This document shows, in pieces, positions 51,732 to 61,451 of a stretch of 64,000 nt of DNA (the stretch's first letter is position 1; every line of letters begins with the position of its first letter). The DNA lies in NCBI GenBank assembly GCA_038893835.1, contig JAWAQR010000001.1:1-64000 (forward strand), written 5' to 3'. The stretch comes from Archaeoglobaceae archaeon (lineage in GTDB: Archaea; Halobacteriota; Archaeoglobi; Archaeoglobales; Archaeoglobaceae). The notes below the pieces were generated by a model. It worked only from the letters and a program-made list of their open reading frames with translations, was not told the origin of the DNA and made no database searches. The position numbers and the translations under genes were made by a program.

Positions 51732-53376
51732 CCTGAAGCTCGTAAAGTTCTTCCACTCTCTCGATCGTATCCGCCTCGCTCACATCCTTATCATCCCTTA
51801 AGCGTATGAACCTCGGAAATCTAAGAGCGTATCCGCTTTCGTATTTCGGACTCTTCTGAATTTCCTGATAGGCAACTTCGAAGACGTATTTTGGCAAAAA
51901 TCCCAGAATCTTTCCTTCCCTGTAAACTATAATATTTTTGAAAAGTTCAGTCAGTTCTTCTAAATCTTCATCGGTGAAACCAGTTGCAACTCTTCCAACT
52001 CTGAGCAATTTTCCGGTATTTTTGTCTATGCAAGCTAGCTCATAGGAACTTATGAGATGACTTCTCTTCCCCTCTCCCCATTCTCCTCCAACCACTACCA
52101 AATCCAGCGTCTCCATTACGGATTTGAGCTTTAACCAGTGCTTTCCTCGCTTTCCTGGAATATATGGAGATTCAGGATTTTTAAGCATCACTCCCTCATG
52201 ACCGGCGCTTATGGCCTCGTTAAATATCTTTTCCACTACATCCTTGTCTTTCGTCACAACCTGTTCGGCTATTTTGATCTTTTCAGATTCCTTTATATAT
52301 TCTTTCAACAACTCCCTCCTTTCCTTTAGAGGCTTGTCTATAACTTCTCCATTCGCATAAAGGACATCGAAAATGAAGAGCTGTAATGGGATCTTTTCAA
52401 CCATCTTTGAAACTTCATGCTTTCTTCTGAATCTCCTTAAAACATGCTGAAAAGGCAATGGCTTTCCGTCTTTAACTGCTATAACTTCTCCATCAAGAAT
52501 CACTCCTTCTTTAACACACCTCTTAATCTCCTCCACGATCTCTGGCAGAGCATTTGTTACGTTTTCAAGTTTTCTTGAATAAATCTTTAACACACCATTT
52601 CCCCAGTGAATCTGAACTCTACTTCCATCGAATTTCCATTCTACCGCAATGTTTCCATTCTCTATTGCTTCCTCAAAGCTTTCCGCAACTTGTGCAAGCA
52701 TCATTTTAACCGGAATTCCTAGCTGTATTTTCATTTCTTCAAGCCCCTTTCTTCCTTTATTTTTCGCAATCACCGCGACTTTTCCAAGGTCGTTGGTTAT
52801 CATGTAAGCTCTTTCCACTATTTCCTCATTGATTCCAAATGCCCTAGCAATCGCGTCTCTAACAATTCCTTCTCCAACTCCTAAGCGCATCTCGTTCATT
52901 ATAAGCCTTGTTATATACTTCGCCTCCAAAGGAGTTGCTTGGCCATATAAGCCAGTAAGAAGGAGGATTTTTCTTTTTCTGCTCCCCTCTCCAGTAAGAC
53001 CTGCAATCTCGTCGAATATCTCTCTCAATCTCTTCATCGTCAACTCCTCAACTTCCAGTGTCAGCATGCTCTTTTCAGTTATCAACTTCGAACTAACCAA
53101 TCCAAGATCTCCGAGTTCACGAACCATGTCTTCTATTTTTTCCTTCTTTTTTCCACTGACGTTTTCAAGGGCTTCATATAACAATCCAACTCCAACTCCT
53201 AGCTCTCTTTCATCCCAGGGTGGATAAATTCTTCCCATTATGAAAAGAACAAAATTATATAGATCATCATCGTCCTTTATCTTCTTAATTACCTCTGCAA
53301 TTCTCACAGTCAATTCCAGCGTTGAAGAGATTTTTTCAATGCTTTCACAGAATTCTGCAAAGTCCCTGAACCTCAT
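51718..53376 (-). CDS. lig: ATP-dependent DNA ligase
   Basis: EWKFDGSR, LDGE, FDVL, EGVMLK, WLKLK, LRFPRF. Confidence 0.96.
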   Translation of the reverse strand: MRFRDFAEFCESIEKISSTLELTVRIAEVIKKIKDDDDLYNFVLFIMGRIYPPWDERELGVGVGLLYEALENVSGKKKEKIEDMVRELGDLGLVSSKLITEKSMLTLEVEELTMKRLREIFDEIAGLTGEGSRKRKILLLTGLYGQATPLEAKYITRLIMNEMRLGVGEGIVRDAIARAFGINEEIVERAYMITNDLGKVAVIAKNKGRKGLEEMKIQLGIPVKMMLAQVAESFEEAIENGNIAVEWKFDGSRVQIHWGNGVLKIYSRKLENVTNALPEIVEEIKRCVKEGVILDGEVIAVKDGKPLPFQHVLRRFRRKHEVSKMVEKIPLQLFIFDVLYANGEVIDKPLKERRELLKEYIKESEKIKIAEQVVTKDKDVVEKIFNEAISAGHEGVMLKNPESPYIPGKRGKHWLKLKSVMETLDLVVVGGEWGEGKRSHLISSYELACIDKNTGKLLRVGRVATGFTDEDLEELTELFKNIIVYREGKILGFLPKYVFEVAYQEIQKSPKYESGYALRFPRFIRLRDDKDVSEADTIERVEELYELQAKKT

Positions 53377-53411
53377 GAACTTCTTTTCTCGAAATATCAC
53401 TTAAATCTTTT

Positions 53412-54191
53412 CTATGACTGGACATCTCTACTCCTCATCGCCAAAACTGCTGCTCCCAATGCTCCAACTATCTGTGGCTCTTCTGGCACTTTTATCTTTA
53501 CACCAAGTTTCTCCTCCAGCGCCTTCTTAACTCCAACGTTTTTTGCAACTCCTCCAGTTAAAACAACATCCTCCCTTACACCAACTCTATTCACCAATCC
53601 AACAATTCTGCTCGCAATGGAATCGCAGATTCCTGCAACTATCTCCTCAATTCTTTCCCCCATCGCTATGTAACTAACAACTTCAGATTCTGCAAAAACT
53701 GTGCAGGTTGAAGAGATAGTTATTCTTCTCCTAGCCCTCATGGCTATCTCTCCAAGCTCTTCTACTTTTAAATTCAGAGCATTGGCCATAACTTCAAGAA
53801 ACCTTCCTGTTCCTGCAGAGCATTTGTCGTTCATAACGAATTCCAACACCTTCCCATTCTCAACAGCGATAACCTTGCTATCCTGACCACCGATGTCGAT
53901 GACTGTGTGGACAGTTGGAATTAGAAAAAATGCTCCCACGGCATGGCAAGTGATCTCTGTCACACTTTTATCCGCAAATTTGACCCGAGATCTTCCGTAT
54001 CCAGTAGAAAAAACTTTAGAAATATCTTCTTTCCTCAATCCAGTGATCTTTAAAGTTTCTTGGAATATTTCTTCAGCCGTCTCTTCAATACTTGGCTTAA
54101 CCTTCGAAATTCTATAAGCCAAGATTCTTGAATCTTGCAATATCACGCATTTTGCTGTGAGAGAACCTATGTCGATACCGGCTGAGATCAT
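53412..54191 (-). CDS. Acyl-CoA dehydratase activase (HgdC/BadFG-type ATPase)
   Basis: GIDIGS, TGYGR, EITCH, DIGGQDSK, MNDKCSAGTG, CTVFAESE. Confidence 0.92.
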   Translation of the reverse strand: MISAGIDIGSLTAKCVILQDSRILAYRISKVKPSIEETAEEIFQETLKITGLRKEDISKVFSTGYGRSRVKFADKSVTEITCHAVGAFFLIPTVHTVIDIGGQDSKVIAVENGKVLEFVMNDKCSAGTGRFLEVMANALNLKVEELGEIAMRARRRITISSTCTVFAESEVVSYIAMGERIEEIVAGICDSIASRIVGLVNRVGVREDVVLTGGVAKNVGVKKALEEKLGVKIKVPEEPQIVGALGAAVLAMRSRDVQS

Positions 54192-55354
54192 AACATTTCC
54201 AGAAAAGCTTCTAACCTGTTTAAAATTTGCGCCTCGCTAAATGCGCGCTCATCTACCATGTCAGCCTCGATTATAACAGCCGGAACTTTAAGCCTCTTTT
54301 GAATCTCATACTGATTGAACGAATATGGCTTGCAGCTCCTATTTGAATGCATAACTACTCCATCAACTTCGTAGAATTCTATCAGTCCGTTTATGATTTC
54401 CACCATCCTTTCAAGCCCTATGTTTAAATATGACACCGTATAAACCTCCGCAAGGCTTGAAATTAAATCTGTGCTCTTAATTGTTCCAAATCCAGTCCAA
54501 GCGTTTGTGTATGTATCTGCTACCAAGCAGGCATTTCTATTTTCAAAGAATTCACCAAGCCATCTCAGACGATACCAAATCGGTATATTATCCCATAGAA
54601 GTCTTTTCTCTTCCCTTTCTATGGCAGAAATACAATTTTTCACCCTTTCTTCAAGCTCCTCTTTCATCTCTCTGTAAAAAGATATCGCATAATCCGTTCC
54701 ACGAAGACAAACAATTGGAGCCATGTTTATAAAAGCATCGAAGCAGGTCATGGGTGATGGCTTGAATCTAGCCATTTTTAGGCATTCACCGTAAAGTTTT
54801 ACCGCTTCAACGGATTTTGTAGCAACTTCTCTTAACTTTGAATCATCCAATGGATTTCCAGTGATCTTTTCAACGAATTTTATGAAATCGTATAGTTGCT
54901 CTTCCACATATTGCAAATGATATTCTTTTAGTTCTTTTCTTATGAATGGCACGTCTAAAATGAAAAGGGGGACTTTGAATATTCTACTGAGAACTTCATA
55001 CCACTTTACAACCGTGTTACAGATATTATTACAAGCAAATAGAAAACTAGGTTTTGGCAATCCACCTATAGGACTCGTTCCCGCAAAAACACAACCAATG
55101 TCGCACCTCGCATAAGAACATAGGTCTCTAGAAAAACCCCTCTTTTCCGCAAAATCAGAGTAATAAGCTCCAAGTTTTGCAGCACCTATTAGAGCTCCAT
55201 GGTTCTCTGGATAAACTGGATAAATGTCCATCGCATATAGAATTTCCACCGGAGCTCCGCTCGTTATCCAGGCTCTGAAATTTGCACTATGTCCCATCAT
55301 GTAGTAACCTGCCATGAGATTTCTCATTCTTTCAGCAATCCTCAATCTTTTCAC
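54188..55354 (-). CDS. 2-hydroxyacyl-CoA dehydratase / benzoyl-CoA reductase-type subunit
   Basis: PVEIL, YPEN, DLCSY, NNIC...KW, RSCK, EAD..D, RLEAF. Confidence 0.85.
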   Translation of the reverse strand: MKRLRIAERMRNLMAGYYMMGHSANFRAWITSGAPVEILYAMDIYPVYPENHGALIGAAKLGAYYSDFAEKRGFSRDLCSYARCDIGCVFAGTSPIGGLPKPSFLFACNNICNTVVKWYEVLSRIFKVPLFILDVPFIRKELKEYHLQYVEEQLYDFIKFVEKITGNPLDDSKLREVATKSVEAVKLYGECLKMARFKPSPMTCFDAFINMAPIVCLRGTDYAISFYREMKEELEERVKNCISAIEREEKRLLWDNIPIWYRLRWLGEFFENRNACLVADTYTNAWTGFGTIKSTDLISSLAEVYTVSYLNIGLERMVEIINGLIEFYEVDGVVMHSNRSCKPYSFNQYEIQKRLKVPAVIIEADMVDERAFSEAQILNRLEAFLEML

Positions 55355-56325
55355 TCAATCACCTCTTTTAGAGCTTCTGCTCTCGTTCTTATCTGCTCAT
55401 AAGATGAAATTGGAAATTCTAATTCGATCAACACAACTTTCTTTCCTATCTCCTCTAATTTTTCTTTAAGCTGTGGAAAGTCAAAGAAATGGGGTTCACA
55501 GAATTTAACTAACATGAAAACCACTGCCTCGCAATCTTCTGCAAGCTTCAGCAAATATCTGAATCTGTAGTCGTCATCGTAATGCTTAGTCGGGCATGGA
55601 GCTTTTTTAAAGTATTTCTCAGCCAAATACTTCAGCGCAGAATCCATATCTCTAAGCTCGAAATTTGGATAATCGAATTCAAAAGCCCTTCTTCCTGTGC
55701 AGAGATCATCCTTTAAAACAAAGCCAGCCTTTCTAAAAATTTCATAAACTTCTGGATATGGACAAACACTTCCGGTTATTAGAATTTTCTTTCCATCTCT
55801 TTTTTTAGCACACCTTAACCTTTTATCCACAAGATCTATCGCCTTTTCTACTTCCATTTGCTGAGCTTTAATTGCAAGCTCGTAATCGGCGTCGATTTCA
55901 AAAAGTCTCATAATTTTTTCTTCTAGTTCTCTATACAATTTTATACTCTCTATCAACCCTTCAAAGCTAACTTCCCCTCCCCATTTTTCCATAACTTCGA
56001 TGAAATCCCTAAGTTCTCTTACGTAGTAATCCAGGTTTCCAATCTTTGTCGGAAACTCTATGTTATGGACCTTTTTTCCGAGGAACTCCAAGATGTCTGT
56101 CAATCTCATTAGTGTATCGCAGCTCCTTGTTACAACGAATCCTTGGAAATCCTCTCCGTTAAGTATAACTTCCAGTGCACCTCTTACTTGAGAGCAGGAA
56201 TAGCTCTGGATATAAGCTGAAGCGAGAGCGATTGGTTTTTTTGTTGCGAATATTCTATAAGGCAGAAAGCCTGCTGAATGTATTATTTCCCTAGGAGTAA
56301 AGCTGCAGAAATAGCCAATCCTCAC
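55351..56325 (-). CDS. 2-hydroxyacyl-CoA dehydratase / benzoyl-CoA reductase-type subunit
   Basis: GYFCSFTP.E, SCS, SCD, DDLCTG.R, KFCEPH.FD, QIRTR.EA. Confidence 0.85.
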   Translation of the reverse strand: MRIGYFCSFTPREIIHSAGFLPYRIFATKKPIALASAYIQSYSCSQVRGALEVILNGEDFQGFVVTRSCDTLMRLTDILEFLGKKVHNIEFPTKIGNLDYYVRELRDFIEVMEKWGGEVSFEGLIESIKLYRELEEKIMRLFEIDADYELAIKAQQMEVEKAIDLVDKRLRCAKKRDGKKILITGSVCPYPEVYEIFRKAGFVLKDDLCTGRRAFEFDYPNFELRDMDSALKYLAEKYFKKAPCPTKHYDDDYRFRYLLKLAEDCEAVVFMLVKFCEPHFFDFPQLKEKLEEIGKKVVLIELEFPISSYEQIRTRAEALKEVIE

Positions 56326-56361
56326 AAAGTAGAAGGGTTTTTCAAAAAATAAAAAATTTTC

Positions 56362-56631
56362 CTATCTCGCGATCGTGATTTCTATAGTTGAAACATTAAC
56401 TTTCCTCCCATCCTGGGATTCGAGTTCTTCAGTATCTATTTTGATGTTCTTTATCTTTAAACCCTGAACAAATCTGTTTCTCACTATTTCAACGACGTCA
56501 ACTGCCCTACTGATAGCCTTTCCTCTCGCCTTAACCGTAATTTCATTTGCCCCCTCATTCAGCTGCGTTAATGTTGCAAGCACATAGTTCATGACCGGTT
56601 TTTTGCCTACCAAGATGACGTTTTCCGCCAT
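56362..56631 (-). CDS. albA: DNA/RNA-binding protein Alba
   Basis: [29 protein letters not shown]. Confidence 0.97.
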   Translation of the reverse strand: MAENVILVGKKPVMNYVLATLTQLNEGANEITVKARGKAISRAVDVVEIVRNRFVQGLKIKNIKIDTEELESQDGRKVNVSTIEITIAR

Positions 56632-56703
56632 GGTGCATCACCAAAAGAGCACTTTGCTCTCAAAATTTAAATTTTGCTACAAAATAAATTTAAGTAATAA
56701 ACA

Positions 56704-58173
56704 TTAAATTAGCATGTTCAATCCCTCGATGAACGCCTCAACAGATGCCATTACAATGTCAGCTCTCGCACCTCTTGCTGTCACAATTTTATTTCCCCTT
56801 TTAAGCTGAACTACAACATCCACCAGTGCATCAGTCCCACCGGTTATCGCCTCAACATAATAACTGACGAGTTTGATATCCGCATAGCTCTTTACAGCCT
56901 TTCTTATCGCATTTATTGCAGCATCAACTGGTCCCACACCTATTGCTGTCTCAATCCTCTCTTCACCATCTATTTTCAGCCTGACGCTTGCCATTGGAGT
57001 AATATTCTTGCCCGTAACTACGGTGAAATCTTCGAGCTTCACTTTCTTTTCACTCTTTATCTGCAAAACTGTCTCTATTATCGCTTTAACGTCTGCATCC
57101 GTTATTCTCTTCCCTTTATCCCCTAATTCCTTTATTCTGGACAGTATTTCTTCCATTTGCTGCTGATTTGCAGAATAACCAAGTTCCCTCAATATCGCCT
57201 CAACACTGGCTTTTCCAGCGTGCTTCCCTAGGACTATTACTCTCTTTCTACCTATTACTTCCGGAGAAATAGGTTCGTAAGTTCTGGAATCTTTCAATAG
57301 TGCTGAAGTATGGATCCCACTTTCGTGCGTAAATGCATTGTCTCCAACGATTGGTTTGTTTGGCGGAACTACGATTCTTGTAAACTTCTCAACCAGTTTG
57401 GAAGTTGGATAGATTCTATCCTTTTTTATATCAAGCTTTATTCCATATAGAAATTCAAGAGTCATCACAACTTCTTCAAGAGCTGCATTTCCAGCTCTCT
57501 CTCCTATTCCATTTATCGTTGCGTGAAATTCATTTGCCCCATTTTTAATCGCACACACCGTATTTATCGTCGCCAATCCAAAGTCGTCATGACAATGAAT
57601 CGCTATAGGTCTTTTGAGTTCCATCTTCAACCTTCTTATTACTTCCTCAGTCTTTTCAGGAGTTAAAACTCCCACAGTATCGGCAAAGGTTAGCCTTTCA
57701 GCCTTCGCATCCTCCCCAGCTTTGAGTAATGAAATTACAAAATCCAAATCTGCTCTTGAAGCATCTTCAGCCCCAAATTCTACTATTAGTCCTCTCTCTC
57801 TAGCATATTCTATTGCTTCAATGCTCTTCTCTATCACGTAATCTTTCCCTTTTCCAGGAAACTTGGCATTTATATGGTAATCCGAAGATGGGGCTACCAT
57901 GAAAATTGAATCAGCATTTGCATCAGCTGCGGCATCGATGTCCTCTTTTTTTATCCTTGCAAAACTGCAAATCTCTGCTTTTAATCCTCTTTCAGCTATT
58001 TGCTTTATAGCCTCGAACTCACCCTTTGAGGCGATTGCAGTTCCAGCTTCGATTATATCAACTCCAAGTGAGTCGAGAGCTTCTGCAATCATGACCTTTT
58101 GCTCCACTGTAAGTGAAACCCCCGGTGTCTGCTCACCATCTCTTAGCGTGGTATCCAAGACTAGCACTTTCAC
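56704..58173 (-). CDS. (R)-citramalate synthase / 2-isopropylmalate synthase family
   Basis: DTTLRDGEQ, HCHDD, GERAGN, HESGIH, LGKHAG, GPVDA regulatory domain. CimA and LeuA cannot be told apart by eye. Confidence 0.88.
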   Translation of the reverse strand: MKVLVLDTTLRDGEQTPGVSLTVEQKVMIAEALDSLGVDIIEAGTAIASKGEFEAIKQIAERGLKAEICSFARIKKEDIDAAADANADSIFMVAPSSDYHINAKFPGKGKDYVIEKSIEAIEYARERGLIVEFGAEDASRADLDFVISLLKAGEDAKAERLTFADTVGVLTPEKTEEVIRRLKMELKRPIAIHCHDDFGLATINTVCAIKNGANEFHATINGIGERAGNAALEEVVMTLEFLYGIKLDIKKDRIYPTSKLVEKFTRIVVPPNKPIVGDNAFTHESGIHTSALLKDSRTYEPISPEVIGRKRVIVLGKHAGKASVEAILRELGYSANQQQMEEILSRIKELGDKGKRITDADVKAIIETVLQIKSEKKVKLEDFTVVTGKNITPMASVRLKIDGEERIETAIGVGPVDAAINAIRKAVKSYADIKLVSYYVEAITGGTDALVDVVVQLKRGNKIVTARGARADIVMASVEAFIEGLNMLI

Positions 58174-58186
58174 GCTGCGATAAATG

Positions 58187-58209
58187 AGACAAGTTTAAAA
58201 AGCTTGTCT
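58187..58209. promoter_or_regulatory. Palindromic bidirectional promoter core
   Basis: AGACAAGTTT-AAA-AAGCTTGTCT (9 of 10 arm positions match), centred at 58198, exactly midway between the divergent starts 58173 and 58223. Confidence 0.55.
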
Positions 58210-58222
58210 ATGTATCCTTTTG

Positions 58223-59209
58223 ATGAATCTTGAGGAATTTATAGAAATTGCTAATAGCGGGAAAGGAGATTTAAAAGAACTCTGCAAAATTGGAGAGGAA
58301 ATTCTGAAGAATTTAGATGGTCATGAACGTGGCAGAATTCTTGGAACTCTTGGAAATTTAAACTATGTTCTCGGGAATTTCGAAAAAGCTGAGAATTTTT
58401 ACCATGAAGCCTTGCTGCTATACTTGAAACTCTCGCAGGATGATGAAAGCTACATTCGATACGTTGTTGGTTGCCTTTTCAACTTGGGAAATCTTTACCA
58501 TACTTCTGGTAGGTATATGGAGGCTAAAGAATGTTACAGAGATGCATTGGAGACCTGTAATTTTTTAAAAAACGAAGAGTTCAAATTTGAAATCCTTTCA
58601 GCTTTGGGTTTACTGGAAATAAAGTTGGGGAATTATAGGGAAGCGGAAAAACTGCTAAGAGAGGCGATTGAAATAAAGAGGGATGTTAAGGTTTTGAACA
58701 ATCTTGCAGTCACTTTGATTAGACTTGGAAAAAAAGATGAAGCAAAAAAAGTTCTATTGGAAGCTTTAAAAATTGATAAAAACTTTGCAGTTTTTCAGAA
58801 TTTACTCGCACTTGGTGAAATGAACGTGGAGGAATTGGAAAACCTAGATCTTCCAATTGAGTTTAAAGCGAAGCTGAAATACTTGAAAGCTAAAAAACTC
58901 GAAAAAGAGGGAAAAGATGCAAGCAGAGAATTTTTAGAGGCCGGATGTTTGGGATTTCTTGCGATAAGAAATGGTTGCAACGATAGCATAAATTATATGC
59001 ATTGCTTTGATAAGGTTATAGAAAGTAATTCCGAACTTTCTAAAGTTGCGGAAGAACTGAAGAAAATAATCCTGCGCTGCTATTATCGTGCAGACATCGA
59101 AGTTGATGGATTGGATTTGTGGAATAAGATAAGAAGGGGAGATTTTGGCGATGGGATTTTATCGATCCTTCTTAGAAGGATCGCCGACGACGTCAAAGGA
59201 TTTCTTTAG
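58223..59209 (+). CDS. Tetratricopeptide repeat protein
   Basis: Repeated LG.L....G.Y.EA..Y..AL units. Confidence 0.85.
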   Translation: MNLEEFIEIANSGKGDLKELCKIGEEILKNLDGHERGRILGTLGNLNYVLGNFEKAENFYHEALLLYLKLSQDDESYIRYVVGCLFNLGNLYHTSGRYMEAKECYRDALETCNFLKNEEFKFEILSALGLLEIKLGNYREAEKLLREAIEIKRDVKVLNNLAVTLIRLGKKDEAKKVLLEALKIDKNFAVFQNLLALGEMNVEELENLDLPIEFKAKLKYLKAKKLEKEGKDASREFLEAGCLGFLAIRNGCNDSINYMHCFDKVIESNSELSKVAEELKKIILRCYYRADIEVDGLDLWNKIRRGDFGDGILSILLRRIADDVKGFL

Positions 59210-59662
59210 TTTTTCATACGTCTCCTCCAAAGCTTCTGGAATTATTTGAACGTCTGCAAGAATTGGCATAAAAGATGTATCTCCGTTCCATCTCGGAACT
59301 ACGTGAATATGCAAGTGCTCAGCAATACCGGCGCCAGCAACCTTTCCTATGTTTACGCCAACGTTGAAGCCATCCGGATTCATGCAGTTCTTTATCGCCC
59401 TCATCGATAATATTGTGAGCTTCATGATTTCGAGCATCTCTTCTTCATCGAGGTCTTCAAGTGAAGGAACATGGCGATTTGGGCACACCATTACATGCCC
59501 AGGATTGTATGGGTTTCTGTTCATTATTACAAAGCTCTTTGAACCCTTGTAAACCACGAGTGCATCCTTTTCATCACTTTTCAAAGCGTTACAGAAGATA
59601 CATTCTTTTGGTTTTGGGGCAAGGATGTATCTGATTCTCCAAGGAGCAAATATTCTCTCCAT
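59159..59662 (-). CDS. HIT family hydrolase
   Basis: APWR, CIFC, PYNPGH, AGAGIAEHLHIHVVPRW.GD. Confidence 0.93.
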   Translation of the reverse strand: MERIFAPWRIRYILAPKPKECIFCNALKSDEKDALVVYKGSKSFVIMNRNPYNPGHVMVCPNRHVPSLEDLDEEEMLEIMKLTILSMRAIKNCMNPDGFNVGVNIGKVAGAGIAEHLHIHVVPRWNGDTSFMPILADVQIIPEALEETYEKLKKSFDVVGDPSKKDR

Positions 59663-59682
59663 ACAAAAAATCGAACTCGATT

Positions 59683-59994
59683 TTAAATATTTCCTAAAGA
59701 TTTCTCGAGTCTGAAAAACTCTTCTAATATCTGGCTTTTTATTCTCTTAACTACTTCTCTTGGCTCTTCTGCAATGTACTTGTACCCAAGCCGTCTCTCC
59801 TCAACTATTCTTTTCTTTACAATTCCTCTTTTCGTGAGCTCTTTCAATCTTTCCCTAACAAACCTCGTCGAAAGACCTAGTTCTTTTGCGATCTCTTTAA
59901 CTCCAAGCTCCTTGTTTAGAAGGATGGAGTATATCTTTACGTCTGATGGCTTCAATTTTATTTTCTCGATTATTTCAGCTATTTCATTCAGCAT
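59683..59994 (-). CDS. TrmB-like winged-helix transcriptional regulator
   Basis: KIYSILL, VKEIAKELGLS.RFVRERL..L..RGIV, Y.Y.A..P; SD GGAGGTGA upstream. Confidence 0.85.
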   Translation of the reverse strand: MLNEIAEIIEKIKLKPSDVKIYSILLNKELGVKEIAKELGLSTRFVRERLKELTKRGIVKKRIVEERRLGYKYIAEEPREVVKRIKSQILEEFFRLEKSLGNI

Positions 59995-60062
59995 TCATTC
60001 ACCTCCATAGTATGAAGTTTTAAAATCATAATCTATTTAAACATTGCGAAAGCATAATTACT

Positions 60063-61451
60063 ATGATCGACAAAGTTAGTTTGTTCTCTCATTTTATTAA
60101 TCCGATTACCAGATTAGGTTTAAAACAAATTTCCTCTTATTGTGAAGATTGTGGGAAAAATAGGATCGAAGTGGCACTTGAATTATTTGTGGGAGTTCGT
60201 AAAAATTCATGCTGGAAATGTAAGGCTGCTGAAAAGTTGATAGAACCGGTTTTGACGAGAGGTGGAGACAGCTTTAATGTTACGGTTGATGAGCTAAAGG
60301 AGAAATTTAAGGATCCCTACTGGCGCAAAGGGCTGGCAAGTGTGATAAAGGGTTTGGCAGAATTTGGAGTTAGAAAGCCATTCGTTCCCGGTGCACCGTT
60401 TCAAGTCGTATGGGATATAACTTATGCCTGCAACCTTCGATGCAAACACTGCTATGCAACAGCCGGTAAACCTTTGGAAAACGAGTTGACAACGGAAGAA
60501 GCTATGGACGTAATAGATAAGCTGGACAGACTGGGTGTGACGATTATAGCTTTTTCAGGTGGAGAACCGTTGGTAAGAAGAGACATTTATGAATTGACGA
60601 AATATGCAGCTGAGAAAGGAATATATGTTGCAATCGCAACAAATGGGATAATGATAAATGATGAAGTTGCGAGGAAGTTGAAAGAGAGTGGTGTAAGTTA
60701 TCTTCAGATCAGTCTAGATGGAATGAGGGAAACACATGAAGCTTTTCGCGGGATAAAAGGGATTTTTGATAGAACTGTAGAAGGAATAAAGAATGCAGTT
60801 AAAAATGGCTTTTTTGTCAACGTCTCGATGACCGTGACGAGATACAATTATGGAGAGGTTGAAGAGGTAATAAAGTTATGTGAAGAGCTTGGTGTAAACT
60901 GGTTCATGCATTACAACTTCATTCCAACTGGCAGAGGTAAAGAAATCGTTGAGGCAGATATAACTCCGGAACAGAGAGAGAAATTGCTTAGGATGCTTTA
61001 TGAAAGAAATTTCAATTCAAACATAAGCCTTCTCTCAACGGCACCCCAGTTTGCTAGAATAGCCTTTCAATGCTCTGGGAGCATAATACCAACGCACTTC
61101 TACAATGTAAATGCTGGAGAGAGACTTAAACAGCTTGCTGAATTCATAGGTGGCTGTGGAGCGGGAAGATTTTACTTTGCAATAAAAGCAAATGGCGATA
61201 TTACTCCTTGTGTCTTCTTCCCCTTAGTCGTTGGAAACGTTAGATTTGACGATCTTGAAGACTTGTGGAAGAACAACAGAGTATTCGAGGATTTGAGAAA
61301 CAAGGATAAAATAGAGGGTTGTGGTGAATGCGATTATCGTTACGTTTGTGGAGGATGTAGGGCAAGGGCTTACAACTATTTTAGTGATTATTTGAAGCCA
61401 GATCCTGGTTGCATTAGAAATAAGGCAGTTTGGAAGAAAATAACTGTATGA
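60063..61451 (+). CDS. Radical SAM/SPASM protein with N-terminal extension (GMGT synthase Gms-like)
   Basis: DPYWRKGLASVIKGLAEFGV..P....APFQVVW, CNLRCKHC, SGGEP, GGCGAGR, PCVF, CGEC..RYVCGGCRARA, DPGC. The radical SAM call is secure; Gms is an inference. Confidence 0.8.
   Translation: MIDKVSLFSHFINPITRLGLKQISSYCEDCGKNRIEVALELFVGVRKNSCWKCKAAEKLIEPVLTRGGDSFNVTVDELKEKFKDPYWRKGLASVIKGLAEFGVRKPFVPGAPFQVVWDITYACNLRCKHCYATAGKPLENELTTEEAMDVIDKLDRLGVTIIAFSGGEPLVRRDIYELTKYAAEKGIYVAIATNGIMINDEVARKLKESGVSYLQISLDGMRETHEAFRGIKGIFDRTVEGIKNAVKNGFFVNVSMTVTRYNYGEVEEVIKLCEELGVNWFMHYNFIPTGRGKEIVEADITPEQREKLLRMLYERNFNSNISLLSTAPQFARIAFQCSGSIIPTHFYNVNAGERLKQLAEFIGGCGAGRFYFAIKANGDITPCVFFPLVVGNVRFDDLEDLWKNNRVFEDLRNKDKIEGCGECDYRYVCGGCRARAYNYFSDYLKPDPGCIRNKAVWKKITV

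Noticed and set aside
49910-60040. Shared GAAnTTTTAAAATC motif upstream of bioY (~49915) and the radical SAM pair (~60013)
   Set aside because: Explained by generic BRE-TATA sequence.
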